64,000 bases of DNA. Source: an uncultured Woeseiaceae bacterium. Lineage in GTDB: Bacteria > Acidobacteriota > Vicinamibacteria > Vicinamibacterales > UBA823. Positions 63,121 through 64,000 of the stretch are shown here, piece after piece. The stretch covers positions 11,935 through 75,934 of the forward strand of contig CAZMUA010000014.1 of assembly GCA_964569695.1 (NCBI GenBank), written 5' to 3'. Positions within the stretch are counted from its first letter, which is position 1. Every line of letters starts with the position of its first letter. The notes below the pieces were generated by a model, which was not told the DNA's origin, ran no database searches, and was given only the letters and a program-made list of their open reading frames with translations. The translations under genes and the position numbers were made by a program.

Positions 63121-64000
63121 ATGTCTGAATCGACTAATCGTTCAGAGGCTGGTTCCAAGGGTCCTACTGAGGTGGTTGGAGCAACAGCGTCTCTCGACTT
63201 TATAAGAAAAATCGTGGCGGAAGACGTCGAGTCGAATAAAAATGACGGTCGTGTCATAACTCGCTTTCCACCAGAACCCAACGGGTATTTGCATATTGGA
63301 CATGCGAAGTCGATTTGCTTGAATTTTGGTATAGCGGCCGAACACGGTGGGGTTTGCAATATGCGTTTCGACGACACAAATCCCGCTAAGGAAGAAGCTG
63401 AGTATGTAGAGGCCATCAAGAAGGATGTTGAATGGCTTGGGTTTGACTGGGCTGACCGCTTGTACTTTGCTTCTGACTATTTTGATCAACTGTATGAGTA
63501 CGCGGTGCAACTAATTAACACTGGTAAAGCGTACGTAGACAGTTTAGACGCAGAAGAAATTCGCACATATCGAGGCACCCTACAGGAAGCTGGCCGCAAT
63601 AGTCCGCACCGAACCCGATCTACCAGTGAAAATCTTCTACTGTTCGAAAAGATGCGTGCTGGAGAGTTCGAAGACGGTTCACATGTTCTCCGCGCCAAAA
63701 TTGATATGGCGTCGGGCAATATTAACATGCGTGACCCCACGATTTATCGGATTCGACGTACATCACATCATCGCACCAAAGACCGTTGGTGCATCTATCC
63801 CATGTACGATTTCACCCACGCTTTATCAGACTCGATTGAAGGAATTACGCATTCACTCTGTACGCTGGAATTTGAAGATCATCGTCCACTTTATGACTGG
63901 ATTCTCGATGAGTCGACCGTACCTTGTCATCCTCAGCAGATTGAATTTGCACGATTGAACCTTACGTACACGGTTCTCAGTAAACGTAAACTCCTGCAGT
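63121..64000 (+). CDS. glnS: Glutaminyl-tRNA synthetase, N-terminal part (3' end outside window)
   Basis: This gene is not in the ORF track because it has no stop inside the window. ATG 63121 is followed by ...[17 protein letters not shown] (HIGH), [35 protein letters not shown] and [13 protein letters not shown] (KMSKS-like). Confidence 0.95.
   Translation, partial: MSESTNRSEAGSKGPTEVVGATASLDFIRKIVAEDVESNKNDGRVITRFPPEPNGYLHIGHAKSICLNFGIAAEHGGVCNMRFDDTNPAKEEAEYVEAIKKDVEWLGFDWADRLYFASDYFDQLYEYAVQLINTGKAYVDSLDAEEIRTYRGTLQEAGRNSPHRTRSTSENLLLFEKMRAGEFEDGSHVLRAKIDMASGNINMRDPTIYRIRRTSHHRTKDRWCIYPMYDFTHALSDSIEGITHSLCTLEFEDHRPLYDWILDESTVPCHPQQIEFARLNLTYTVLSKRKLLQ

Noticed and set aside
1-64000. Search for CRISPR arrays, tRNA/rRNA/tmRNA, IS elements, integrases, prophage or known defence-system genes
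   Set aside because: No direct-repeat/spacer periodicity was seen. No intergenic gap exceeds about 280 nt. No transposase, recombinase, nuclease-helicase or reverse-transcriptase-like ORF was recognised. By these criteria the window looks like core chromosome.

Overview
The window reads as ordinary chromosomal sequence from a diderm (Gram-negative-type) bacterium, probably an uncultured environmental lineage. Evidence for this: TonB-dependent receptors, lpxD, and many Tat or Sec leaders on enzyme families that are usually cytoplasmic. It is densely coding, with about 58 protein genes. I found no rRNA, tRNA, CRISPR array, transposase, integrase, phage gene or recognisable defence gene.

Main blocks:
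- 1-7618: two TonB-dependent receptors, a CRTAC1/ASPIC-UnbV FG-GAP protein and a TMTC-like membrane-TPR protein.
- 7702-14435 (minus strand): a complete sufBCDSUT Fe-S assembly operon with a TupA-like binding lipoprotein as its last gene.
- 14627-17405: a Na+/solute symporter with a small upstream ORF, and a TVP38/DedA protein.
- 17685-21667: an aa3-type cytochrome c oxidase cluster in the unusual order I-III-IV, two small ORFs, then II. A Cu P-type ATPase converges on it.
- 24311-32761: MOFRL glycerate kinase followed by six export-signal-bearing cofactor enzymes. These are a SelA-like PLP enzyme, a flavodoxin-like protein, two FMN 2-hydroxy-acid oxidases, a Hyi-like TIM barrel and a class-V aminotransferase.
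- 32798-64000: mixed housekeeping and envelope genes (ggt, BI-1, pdxH, ornithine cyclodeaminase, NPP/M48/M28, CpxP-like, TolB-like, lpxD, FN3K plus LMW-PTP, an IPMS/homocitrate-synthase-like gene, proline dehydrogenase, RidA, and the 5' part of glnS).

Observations most worth a second look:
1. The Tat-leader enzyme run, a putative periplasmic hydroxy-acid oxidation/transamination module.
2. A 38-nt element, 30/38 identical, in front of two consecutive genes.
3. Two small membrane ORFs inside the oxidase cluster, one a CxxC protein translationally coupled to subunit II.
4. A secreted Vgb-like beta-propeller coupled to a CxxCH protein.

All functional calls come from my reading of the translated ORFs (motifs, architecture). 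No database search was run. Several start codons differ from the ORF track and are argued individually.
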